DNA of 64,000 nt from NCBI RefSeq assembly GCF_009914755.1, contig NC_060946.1. The stretch is one strand, 5' to 3'. Made by a program: the position numbers and the translations under genes. Positions 41,527 to 54,259 of this stretch are shown here, one piece after another. The notes under the pieces were generated by a model. It worked only from the letters and a program-made list of their open reading frames with translations, ran no database searches and was not told the origin of the DNA. The first letter of the stretch is position 1, and each line of letters begins with the position of its first letter. The stretch is from the human T2T-CHM13v2.0 reference genome, Homo sapiens.

Positions 41527-42375
41527 CCCCTCACCCCTCTCAGCCTCTGTGCAAACCCTGCCCCTCTCAGCCTCTGCGCACCCCGCGCCCCTCTCAGCGT
41601 CTGTGCACGACCCCCCAGCCTCTGTGAACACATCTCCCGCTCCTCAGCCTCTGCGTGCCCCCGGGTCCCCCAGCCTCTGTGCATCCCTGCTCCTCCCAGC
41701 CCTGTCCCTCCCAGCCTCTGCACATCCCCCGCCCCTCCCAGCCTCTGCACATCCCCCGCCCCTCCCAGCCTCTGCTCACCCCCTGCCCCTCCCAGCCTCT
41801 GCACATCCCCCGCCCCTCCCAGCCTCTGCACATCCCCCGCCCCTCCCAGCCTCTGCTCACCCCCTGCCCCCTCAGCCTCTGCACACCCCCCCCACCCCCC
41901 TCAGCCTCTGTGCACGGCGCCACCCCTCTCAGTATCTGTGCATGACCCCCCAGCCTCTGTGAACACCGCTCACTTCTCAGCCTCTGTGCACCCCCTGCCC
42001 CTCCCAGCCTGTGTGTACCCCCCGTCCCTCCCAGCCTCTGTGCAAACCCTGCCCCTCTCAGCCTCTGCACACCCCCCGCCTCTCTCAGTGTCTGTGCATG
42101 ACACCCCCAGCCTCTGTAAACACATCCCCCGCTTCTCAGCCTCTTTGCACCCCCTGCCCCTCTCAGCCTCTGCGCACCCTCTGCCCCCTCAGCCTCTGAG
42201 CACCCCACCGCCCCCCTCAGCCTCTGTGCACGGCGCCACCCCTCTCAGTATCTGTGCACGACCCCCAGCCTCCGTGAACACCCCCCGCTTCTCAGCCTCT
42301 GTGCATCCCCTGCCCCTCCCAGCCTCTGTGTACCCCGCTGCCACTCTCAGCTTCTATGCAGCCCCCCTGCTCCTA
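41527..42375. repeat. C-rich ~27-bp minisatellite (about 30 degenerate units)
   Basis: Recurrent CCCCTC(T/C)CAGCCTCTG(T)GCAC..CCCC; strong C/G strand skew. Confidence 0.95.
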
Positions 42376-43673
42376 CTGACCTCCTCTTTGTTCTTTGAAT
42401 CCTGGCTCTGAGCACCACTGCCTCTGGGCATCCCTTGCGCTGCCCTGTGCACTCTCTTGCCCCTCCCTGGCTCTGGCTGAGGCCTCACTTGTGCAGTTCT
42501 CTCCTGGCCACCCCACCTCTACTGGAGACTCAGCGTCAGATCCACGCAGCAAATTGCCTACTGGCTAGCTCTCCCCTCTACACTTCTGTTTTAATTGGTG
42601 GAATTATCCTTTGAGGAAGCTGCCAAAGATGGAGCATTTGGAAGCTGCTGTCAGTGCCTCTATTAACCTCACAAACAACATTCTGCGGGCTTTTGTTTCT
42701 GCTGACTCCACCTTCAATTATCGCTTGAATCTCCCCATCTCCTGCTTGAATTGAGGGTCTTCTGGTCTCTAATTGGGGCCACTGCTGTGTCTTCCTGGAG
42801 GTTCTCTGTCCCTGAAGTCACTTGCCCTCCTCCTTCTCCATCCCTCCATGTGCTGAGCACGATGGGAAAGCCATCCTCGGGCTTCCCTTAGTGGGGTGGG
42901 AGGGCCTCAGCTCCACTCCTTCAGCCTCACCTGCCACTCTTCTGGAAGTGCCCTTGGCCTTAATGGGGCCATTCACCACCCTCCCTCCCCGCCCCAGCTC
43001 TCCTCACCAAAAAACCCAAACCAACAAAACCGAGTCCTCCCACTCACCCCTGTGTCCTCAGCTCTCTGCAGATTTGCCCATCCGTTCCCTTCTTAGAAGA
43101 CACACTTCCCATGCCTCGTGTGCCTGAGACATCCCTGATGTCTGTAAGCACAACTCAAGTTCACTGATGCGATCAGCTGGGCGACTAGGAGACTCAGGTT
43201 CAATCCGTGGACAACTCAAAACGCCGTTTGGTCTTTGGCAGAGAAGTTTCCTCTAAACCACCCGAATCACAGTCTTGGCCACTGGTTCTTCAGGGACTTC
43301 TGTGGCCCAGATGTTCAAGAGCATTTCCTGACTGTACTTGCCTCCCCTCAACTCTGTACGTTTGTCTATAAAACAAAAGAAACCTGATTGGACATCAGTA
43401 TGTGGAGTTCTGAAACCCTGGAGTAAAGCGGGTATTTTATAACCCAGACGGGTTAGGCACATTTCTCATTGTCAATAAACCATTTACACATTGAAAAAAA
43501 AATCTACACATGGATGTCTGATCATACTATTCAATGTAAAGGCCTAAGAGGGAAACATAGAATTTTGCTTTTTTGGGAGCCTCTCATTAAAGAGTTCTTA
43601 AAAGCTGTAGAATTTATCATTTGGAAACAGACCTGTAAGACTGTATAATTGATCCTAACAAGGAGAAAATGTT

Positions 43674-43812
43674 TATATACACACACAGCATATATACACA
43701 CACAAAGATATGTATATACACACACAGAGATATGTATATACACACATAGATATGTATATATATCACATATAAAAAGTAAAATATCTATATTATGTAAATA
43801 TAATATATATCT
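43674..43812. repeat. (TA)/(CA)-rich low-complexity tract
   Basis: AGATATGTATATACACACA recurs. Confidence 0.85.
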
Positions 43813-43864
43813 ATTTTCTAGCAATGAACTGTATTTAGATTCTAACTGAATATGTGCCACTAGT

Positions 43865-44300
43865 TGTGGGAGAAACTCTTATTTGCCTCCCAGATATTCA
43901 TTTTTCTGTTCTTTCTTGCTAACAGAAGTGTGTGTTGGGAGAAGCAGTGAGCCTGCCAGAATGGCTGTACTTCTTGAGTCCCTCTACAGATAGGGCTGAC
44001 CTTGTGATCCATGTGGTCAATGAGAGGTGAACAGACATCACACGGGGATCCCAGGAAATCGCCTTGCTCCGTCACTTTTCTCTTTTGCTCCTGTTAGATG
44101 TAGCTGGGATGGCTGGAGCAACAGTTGCCACTTTGAGGCCTGGAGGGAAAAGCCCTGACATCTCTGAGTTGCTGGGCCAGTGCCAGACACCACCTACCTG
44201 TGAACATCTCATGAGGTGAGAAAGATAAACACCCTTTGGTTAAGTTACTGCTTGTTGCTGCTGTTGTTGTTGTTGTTACTCATAAGTGGACAGAAATATC
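43865..44300 (+). mobile_element. Old ERVL LTR (LTR33-like)
   Basis: TTTCTTGCTAACAGAA..TGGTCAATGAGA.GT..GATGGCTGGAGC..GTGAGAAAGATAAAC. Confidence 0.55.
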
Positions 44301-44422
44301 ACATTAATTGTTTTTGTTGACTTGGGTTTCTATAAAAAAATAGCATAGACTGGGTAGCTCAACCACAGACATTTATTTCTCACAGTTCTGAAGGCTGGAA
44401 GTCCAAGATCAAGGTCCAGCCA

Positions 44423-45083
44423 TGATATGGGTTGGATCTGTGTCCCCACCCAAATCTCATGTTGAATTGCAGCCCCCAGTGTTGGAGGTGGGGGCCTGGT
44501 GGGAGGTGGTTGGATCTGTGTCCCCACCCAAATCTCGTGTTGAATTGCAGCCCCCAGTGTTGGAGGTGGGGGCCTGGTGGGAGGTGGTTGGATCTGTGTC
44601 CCCACCCAAATCTCGTGTTGAATTGCAGCCCCCAGTGTTGGAGGTGGGGGCCTGGTGGGAGGTGGTTGGATCTGTGTCCCCACCCAAATCTCGTGTTGAA
44701 TTGCAGCCCCCAGTGTTGGAGGTGGGGGCCTGGTGGGAGGTGACCAGATCACGGGGGTGAAGTTCCCATGAACGGTTTAGCGCCACCTCCCTTGGTACTG
44801 TATAGTGAGTGAGTTCTCGTGAGATTTGGTTGTTTAAAAGACTGTAACACCAACCCCCTCTTTTTTCTCGTTCCTGCTCTGGCCATGGAAGACCTGCCTG
44901 CTTCCGCTTTGTGCCTTCTGCCATGATTGGAAGCTTCCTGAGATTCCTGAGGCCTCCACAGAAGCAGAAGCTGCTAGACTTCCCATACATCCTTCAGAAC
45001 TGTGAGCCAATGAAGCTTCTTTACTTTATAAATTACCCAGTCTCAGATATTTCTTTATAGCAGTGTGAGAACAGATTAATGGA
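44423..45083 (+). mobile_element. MSTA LTR with a quadruplicated 5' end
   Basis: TGATATGG.TTGGATCTGTGTCCCCACCCAAATCTCATGTTGAATTG..ATAAATTACCCAGTCTCAG. Confidence 0.92.
44430..44741. repeat. 78-bp tandem repeat, 4 near-identical copies
   Basis: GGTTGGATCTGTGTCC starts at 44430, 44508, 44586, 44664. Confidence 0.98.
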
Positions 45084-46434
45084 AGCAGCTTTTTGTTTCT
45101 GGTGAGGTCTCTCTTTCTGCCTTGCAGACAGCCACCTTCTTCCTGAGTCTTCACAAGGCTGAGAGAGAGAACTCTCTGGTGCATTCCTATAAGAGCACTA
45201 ATCTCATTGTGAGGCTTGTACCCTCATGACCTAACTAGCCCTAATCACCTCCCAAAGGCCCCACCTGCAAATGCCATGATGTTGGGGGTTAAGGCTTCCA
45301 CATGTAAGTTGCAGGGGGACATAACACCAGTACACAAGGGATGCCCGTTGGTTTTTGATGGAGGTTTTAACAGGAGCTTTCTTTGTGGTCAGATAATCAG
45401 GCAGAGCTTTTCTGCTGGATATTGTTGCTGACATTTATGTACATTTTAATATATTAAACATTCTGAGCATTCTATAGTAAAAAAAAAAACCCAAACATTT
45501 ATTTATTCCAATTCTTTTTTCTTATTTTTCTCAATCACAAACACTCCGGCAAGGTAGCAATTTACCATTTTGGAAAATATTGAGTTACAGGAACTACTGG
45601 TAGATGGGAAGGTTACTAACAAACCCTGGGTAATATTTTAAAAGGCAAAAAGCATTCCTGTGAATTGCAGTCTCTGTGAATTAGATGCTTTATTTTGGAG
45701 AGGTGGGTGGGAAGTATTGGGAATAACAAAAGATTATGCCCTTGAGGCAGACAGCCCATGGCTGTCAGGGCGAAGGTAGGTTTTCTTGAGAACTGAAGCT
45801 GGAAGGAAGGTTTGGAGGGATGGAAATGGAGCAGGAGGAGGCTGGAGAAACTAGGAAGGCCCAGACCACACAGGCCTGCTGAGACACATTGCGGAGTTTT
45901 GGCCTTTTCCCTAAGAGTAACCCATGTGTTTTAAGCAGTCAGGGAGAGTGTGTTCCTATTGGCTGCTGTGAGGATGATGGACAGGAGGGCAGCAGGGGAC
46001 ACGCATTAGCTCCCCTGTCATCCCTCTGCCAGCACCTCCCAAGAGCAGTTTGTGCTAGGTGTGGGAAGCACAGGAACAGAGAGAACCTGGGGTTAGTTTG
46101 AGGCAGGAATATAGAAAACATACTAGAAGGGGCTCTACTAAAATCTTAATGGTAATTAATTCTGGGTGGTTGGCCATGTGAGATTTTAACTCTATTTCTC
46201 ATGGTTCTATAATGCTTCAAAATAAGCATGAAGTCATATAGTCTAGAAGAAATTGATAAATATTATTTTAAAAGCATACTTTTTGGCTAAGCAATTCTTG
46301 ACTTTTTTTCTTAAGAAATAACCAGAAGGTCAGACAGAGATGGTAAGGTGAGCACACGACCCAGCCTCTTCTGAAGACACTGCTGAGGAGGGAGGCAGAA
46401 AGTGCCCCAGCTGGGGGGAGTGCACAGGGAAGAG

Positions 46435-46910
46435 TCCACATTTCAAATTGCAAATGAGACGGTCCCATCGGGTCAGTCATCTTCCAAGTTGCACGTGGAC
46501 GGATTCAATGATCCCAGCTATCCCCTCCCGAAATTAAACTGATGAGCAAATGAAATGCAAGCACAGAGTTTGTGGAAGGAATAAATATTCCTGTTGCGGC
46601 CTGTGGACAGTACAGTCTGCCTTTATGATCAGCATTATCTGTCGAGGGAATCAGCGTTAGCCTGAGCTGATGGAGGGGCGCAGGGGAAACACTTGCACCT
46701 CGCGAGCGAGCGGCCGCACTGCACAGCAGCCTGGCGATGGCCAACGTGCCTTAATTACATTATGCAAAACAAAGACAGGCTCCCGGCTGCTGCAGCCCTG
46801 CATCCCAACAACGCAGATATCTTGGTCCACATCAGAGCCATCCTGTCACAGATGAAAAGGCAAATACCTTTGGACACCTGGACATTTCATTTCATTGATT
46901 TATCACCCAG
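46435..46910. promoter_or_regulatory. Candidate enhancer with a small CpG-rich core
   Basis: Repeat-free; CACGTG 46492, CTCGCGAG 46699, GCGGCCGC 46710, TTAATTA 46751, TTATGCAAAACAAAG 46760, TGATTTAT 46896. Confidence 0.5.
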
Positions 46911-47350
46911 AGGTTTACTGAGCACCCAGCAGGTCCCGGCAGCGTGCCAGACACCAGGAGCGTGGAGGAAGCCAGACCTCTGGTGCACAAAGCAACGTGC
47001 ATGGAGAGTGATGGCTCTGAGTTGGGGGCTGGGGTGTTCTGCAGCCCCTCTCTTGGGGGCATTTGAACTGAGGAGAGGTCAGGAAGGGCCTTCTCTGGGA
47101 AGGGATGTTTGAACTCAGACATAGAGGATGAGAGGGAGCTAGAAAGTGGGTGACAAGGGCCACTGAGGGAGGAGCAGCCAGGGCCCCACCCTCCCAGGTA
47201 GGAAGAAGAGCAGGTGTGCAGGCTCACAGGTGAGCTCAGCGTGGACTGGTGGGCCAGGTGTCACTGCGAGCTAAGGCTGCATAGCCGGGCAGGATGGCCC
47301 CTTGCATACTTAGCATTTTCTCCTGAGAGCAGAGGGCTTCTGGTAAATGA
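46910..47350 (-). mobile_element. L2 remnant
   Basis: TTTACTGAGCACC..GTGCCAG, GTCAGGAAGGGCCTTCTCTG..GATGTTTGAACT.AGAC. Confidence 0.6.
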
Positions 47351-47651
47351 GGACACTCCCGTTCTGGCAGTGTCAGGAGAGTGGTTTCGGGGAGCGTGGG
47401 TAGTAGGGAGAGCAGTGGGGAGGGCTGTAATGCTGGGGGCTGGTGCCTTTAGCCTTTGTGCTCTGCTACCCTCAGAGCTGATTCCATCATCTGGCCCCTG
47501 GTTCTCACAGATGGCAAGGCACTGCCAGAGTCTGAGAGCTACATGCCTTCTTCTTCATGTGTGATGGGAAGAGAGGCTTTCTCTGGTGCAGAAGCAGAGT
47601 TCATTGTCTGTATCTGATGGAAAAGGGAGGGAAGAAGGAACTGCTCTGGCC

Positions 47652-47938
47652 TGAGCTCCCCTGAGTGCCCGGGCCAGCGGTCAGCCAGGCGGGTTGGAGT
47701 CCACCATGAGCTCCCCTGAGTGCCCAGGCCAGTGGCCAGCCGGGTGGGTTGGAATCCACCATGAGCTTCCCTGAGTGCCTGGGCCAGTGGCCAGCCAGAT
47801 GGGTTGGAGTCCACCATGAGCTTCCCTGAGTGCCCAGGCCAGCGGTCAGCCAGGCGGGCTAGAGTCCACCATGAGTTCTCCTGAGTGGCCAGGCCAGTGG
47901 TTAGTCAGGCGGGTTGCAGTCCACCATGAGCTCTCCTG
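47652..47938. repeat. 55-bp minisatellite, about 5.2 copies
   Basis: TGAGCT(C/T)CCCTGAGTGCC-type starts at 47652, 47707, 47762, 47817, 47872, 47927. Confidence 0.97.
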
Positions 47939-49028
47939 CTGCAGCCTAGTGCCGGGCTTTCCGTGGAGCACTCCTGGATGTTGAATGTGAAAACTACCTG
48001 GAAATGAGAAAGCAAGAATTTAGCTGAATAATTCTCATTTTTTTCCCTGTAAATTGACCAAATCGAGTCAAAACATTTTGTTGGGACCCCAACCAGTGGA
48101 TTAGCCTAAACGCGGTCTGCAGCCACTATTCAGACTGAATGAGGCCACTTTTCCCCCCAGAAGGATGTGTGTGCATGGGGTCACAGTCCTGCGAGGGAGA
48201 CCTGGCCGCACTGCAAAGAGAACAGAGCTCTTCTCTGCAAATCATCCCCGGCTCCGTTGCGACTGGCTAAGAAACCTGAGTAATAGAATTTCCCTTGTAG
48301 GCAATGCTATTACAAACCAAACAAATCACACTTTCAAGTAATAAGATTTTCTTGTAAGGAGCCAGGCGTTAGGCGACTGGCCTGGTTTTTTGTTTTGTTT
48401 TTGTTTTTTTTTTTTTTTTTAACAGAAATCACTGTTTTCCACAGTGGCAAGGTTTTAAAAAAGGTTTTGCTGTGTGTGTCGATTAGTGGACAATGAGGTT
48501 CAACATTCTTCATGCTCTCATCAAACCGGTAACTTCCTGGTTCTTGCCATGCAGCCTACAAATGTGTCTCCAGCCCTCGCTGCTGTGTGGGTTTGCCATC
48601 TCAATCAGAGAACTGCAGATCCTCCTGGGTATGCAGCGAAAGCTGTGAGTTTTTCATACCTGCCTTTTTCCTTTGCCATGTGACTTCAGGTGTTCCCCTA
48701 AACTTCAGTTTCCCATCTGTTAAATATGCAGGTTGGGCAAGCTGCTCCCTCATGTCACAGCTTTGATTTCTGGTTGTCTGTCTGATGGGACAGGCAGCCC
48801 TGGCCTCCTCCTCCTTGGCCTCAGGTCTGGGAATAGAGGACATGGGTAACTGAGAGCTGCTACCCCTTGGCAGCCGGGGTGATCCAGCCCTGTGGGGGTT
48901 CATGCCCGGGGGAGTCAGCAAGCCCGGGTGGAGGTGATGCTGGGAGTGTACCCGGTAAGATGGCGAGGACCATCTTCTCCCACATGGGCAGGGCAGTAAG
49001 GGTCAAATCAGGCAGGGGTAAGAATTAG

Positions 49029-50675
<1,647 letters not shown>

Positions 50676-51669
50676 TCAATAAAAAAATTTTAAAAAGAAA
50701 TGGGCAAGGTGAAAGAGCCCTGCCCTCGTGGGGTAGAAAACACGATGACCGTAACAGCAGAAAACAAAACAAAACAAAACAAACAAAAACAGGAAAAGCA
50801 GTGGCTGGTGTGTGCCTTGTTTACACGAGGTGGGCTGGAGTCTCCTAGAGTCTCAGGGAGCGGCGGGTGGCCCGGAAGGTGATTTCGGATGGGCAAGGAG
50901 CAGCTAGCCCTGTTGAGATGCGAGGAGGAATGTTCCAGAAGCAGCACAAAGCCCTTCGTGGGGAGTGGGCTTTGCCTGTTTGTAGGAGCAGAAGTGAGGG
51001 AGACACGGGGTCTGGGGAGTTGCACAGGAAACGGAGCGGCCTGCAGGAGGCAGCTGAGGGCTCCCTAGGAGCGCAGAGCCTGCTGAGGGTACAGAGGGAG
51101 GGGTGATACCTGGTTGAGGCCCCAGCACTCCCCTGGCTGCGCGGGAAGAATGGAAAGTGGGGTTTGAGAGAGTGAGGGCAGAGGGACCAGCAGGAGTCTA
51201 GGTTGGAGATGGCATGGCTGAGACAAGGATCTTGGCAGTAAAGACGGAGAAATCAGAAAGGGGCTTGGAGGTGGAGCTTTTAGGGTGTGTTCCTTCCCGG
51301 ACATGCTACCTAGGTGGGAGCAAAGTGAGTTATTCAGGGAGGACACCTGGATAAGAATAGGGCTGAGATGGAAAGGTCTTCAGGGAAGTGGGGAGCAACC
51401 CGTGATTCTCTTTCTGCCACGTGGCCTTTGAGCGTCCTAACAACATGGCCGTGGATAGGAGCCTTCTGCTCTCTTCCAGTGCGCAGCAGAGTCTGCTCCC
51501 CAGCCCTCCATCCTGGGCTGCCTCCCAGCTTGCTTGGGCCAAGAGCACGTGCAGAAGCGACTTTGTCCAAGTTCCAGGCCTGAGCCTACTGGTGTCTTAT
51601 CCCCATTCCTGCCTTCCTCAGCTGCTCCTGCCACTGAAGACACAGAGTCAGCCTCGGTGAGGGCGAGAG

Positions 51670-51885
51670 ATGGGCTGAGCCAGCCCAGCCACCAGCCGCA
51701 TGGGCACCACCTTAGGTGAACCCGGCCCCATCAGCTGCAGGGGGACACAACTGCCTGAGCGATCCCAGGCTGACCCAGGAAATACTGCCCCACCGAGCCC
51801 AACCCAACTGCTCCCCCTCACGACTGTGGTCCAGGGATATGGGTGTTGTTTTAGGTGGTTTGTTCCACAATAGATGGTCGATACA
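51670..51885 (+). mobile_element. Old MLT1 (H/I/J-like) LTR 3' fragment
   Basis: ACTGCCC.ACCGAGCCCA.CCCAA.CTG..GTTGTTTTA..GTGGTTTGTT..GATACA. Confidence 0.5.
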
Positions 51886-52384
51886 GGTGTTCATGTGGAG
51901 ACACTGAATGGGCAATTGGTCATAGCAGTCTGCAATTAATGGGCAGAGATCAGGTCTGGTTTGTTTGTGTGTTTGTTGAGCGGCTACTTTGTGCCGCCTC
52001 CATTCCAGCTACCAAAGACGTGAGGGTCACGGGCAGGACACCGTCTCTCTCCACACAGTACATGGATTCTTGTGGAGAGACAGGAAGAAGATGCTCACAC
52101 ATGCGAGGCCATTCCAGACAGTGGCGCAGGCTCCAGGCCTGTGCTGTCCCCCGCAGGGCCACCCACCATGCATGGCTCAAGTGCCTGAAATGTGGCCAGT
52201 CTGAACTGAGATGTGTTGTCAATGGAAACCACACACAGGATTTTAAAGACTTGTTAAAAAAGTCAAATATCTCATTAAAATTTTTCTATATTCATCACAC
52301 ATTGAAATGGTAATATTTCGGACATGCTGGGGTAAATAAAATATATCATTAAAATTAATTTCACCTAGTTGTTTTTACTGACTA

Positions 52385-53335
52385 AAAAATCTTTTTAATG
52401 TTAGAGTAGATTAACAGAGAAGTTGTGAAGGTGATAGAGTCTTCTGTACCCCACACCTGATTTCCCCTATTGCTAACATATTCCATTCCAGTGGTAGATT
52501 TTCCACAACTAACGAATTAACAATATTTTAATAATAATCTGTATTGTTAAACTTAAATAATATTCATAACTTTATATAACTCAAATATATTAATATTTGA
52601 GTTATAATAATGTTATGAATATTATTTAAGTTTAATAATAGAAATTATTAATTATAAAATAATTATATATTTATATATAATTATATACAATTATATGTCA
52701 AATAATTGCATATCATTATTATATTATAATTATTTCATAATTAATAATTTATCAATTATATACAATCATTATATTATATAATAATATAATAATATTAATT
52801 ATCAATAATAGATCAATAATATATTAATATAATTATATATTATTATGTTAATATATAATTATTATATTATAATTATTTATTTCTATTATTAAACTTAAAT
52901 ATATTCATATATTATTCGTATATCCATGTATCATTGTAATATATATAAACTAATTACATATAATTATATTTATATAATATAAAATTGTATAATTATGTAA
53001 ATATAATATAAAATAATTATATAAATATAATACAATATAAAATAATATAATTATTGACATGTTAAAGTTATATATTGCTATATATAATTATATATTTCTA
53101 AGTATTATGTATTTTAATATATTATATATTTTATATAACTATATGATAGTTATATATTATAATAATATAATATATAATAATATAAATTAGTAATAATACT
53201 TGAGTTATAATAACATGCATTTTTATAACTCAAACTCATAATTTGTTCAGATTTTCTTAATTTTTATTTTTTTTTAAGAGGTCTTTTTCTTCTCCAGGAT
53301 TTGATACAGGATGACACATTGTATTTAACTGTGAC
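52385..53335 (-). mobile_element. L1MB/MC 3' fragment hosting an AT-rich expansion
   Basis: ACAGA.AAGTTG..TTTCCCCTATTG.TAACAT; TTCAGATTT..TCCAGGAT..ACATTGTATTTA; CTAGT..TTTTTAC on both flanks. Confidence 0.65.
52525..53235. repeat. AT-rich island with multiple palindromes
   Basis: Almost pure A/T; inverted repeats described under findings. Confidence 0.92.
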
Positions 53336-53979
53336 TAGTCTTTTTACCTTTTAAAACATTTAGACACTAGACAATTGAAGGTCACACATGAGGTCTGCAT
53401 TGTTTCCATTGGACAGCGCTGCCCTGCAAAAATCAAACAGGAGAATTGGGTAGCGGTGACGAGGGTGCTCTTAGAGAAGCCCAGAGCCTCCTCCGAACAC
53501 GTGACCCTGGAGTGCGGGTCCGACAAGGAGCGGCAGACAGCTGTGGGACGGGGGAGTCTTGGAGAAGAGGGAGCTCTTGCTGTCTCCAGGCACAGCAGGT
53601 AGAAAGAGGCAGGAGGAGAGGGTTTGGTGCATTCCAGGAACCGTGCAGGTGGAATGAAGCCAGCTCCAGGGCTGGGGGCTACTCACTCCTTCCCCCTTCA
53701 AACAGTCCGCATGCGTGTCCTGGGCATCCACCACGGGCCAGGCACCAGTCCAGGTGCTGGTAATTTAGTGGGGATCACGCAGTGCCGCCCACCTGATGGA
53801 ATGATCTAGAGGGTGGAGAGAAAGTAAACATCAAAGAGCATCTGTCAGGTGGCCGTCGGCCTCTGGTGGGCAACTAAGCAAGGATAGGGGTTGGGGCAGA
53901 GGTGGGTGGGGGCCGCCCTTTCCTGTAGAGCGGTCAGGGAAGGCAGGCTCAGGGCAGAAGGTGGAGAAGGATCCTGATG

Positions 53980-54252
53980 AGCTGACCCCATCAAGTGAGT
54001 CCTTTAGAAGGAGAGAGTTTTCTCAGGCTGGTCCTAGAAGAGGAAGCCAGAGATTCAAAGCCCGAGAGGGCTCTGACCTTAAAGATGGGGGCCCTTGTGG
54101 TGAGGAACGCAGTGGCCTCTAGGGTCCAAGTGCAGCCCCTAGCTGACTGCCAGCAAGGAAGTGGGGACCTCAGCCCTACAGCCTCAGGCACCTGGATTCA
54201 GGTGGCCAACCGAACCCATGCTTCAGCGTGGACTCTTCCCCAGAGCCTCCAG
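53980..54252 (+). mobile_element. MLT1E-like LTR fragment
   Basis: GTGGCCTCTAG..GCTGAC.GCCAGCAAGGAA.TGGGGACCTCAG.CCTACA..TCTTCCCCAGAGCCTCCAG. Confidence 0.7.
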
Positions 54253-54259
54253 GGCTTTT

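Larger units (their letters stand above)
44310..45337 (-). mobile_element. MLT1A-type MaLR LTR split by MSTA
   Basis: ATTTATTTCTCACAGTTCTG.AGGCTGGAAGTCCAAGATCAAGGT; resumes TCTGGTGAGG..CTAATCACCTCCCAAAGGCCCCACCT. Confidence 0.85.
52139..53421 (+). mobile_element. MER33-like hAT-Charlie MITE split by an L1 fragment
   Basis: CTGTGCTGTCC..GAAATGTGGC.AGTC.GAA.TGAGATGTG..TTAAAATTAATTTCACC; resumes near 53340 and ends TTGGACAGCGCTG. Confidence 0.8.

Noticed and set aside
41521-42411. 296-aa Pro/Ser-rich ORF and overlapping antisense ORFs
   Set aside because: By-product of a stop-poor ~27-bp C-rich repeat; no domain or splice support
44330-44990. Several ORFs with 26-aa repeats
   Set aside because: The 78-bp unit is a multiple of three inside an MSTA LTR and is open in several frames on both strands
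46640-46800. Classical CpG-island promoter
   Set aside because: The CpG-dense part is under about 100 bp; kept only as a micro-cluster finding
47700-47930. Five Kozak-like CCACCATG starts in the 55-bp array
   Set aside because: No substantial plus-strand ORF follows and there is no promoter evidence
53887-53912. Isolated G-quadruplex motif
   Set aside because: Common in GC-rich DNA, with no supporting context
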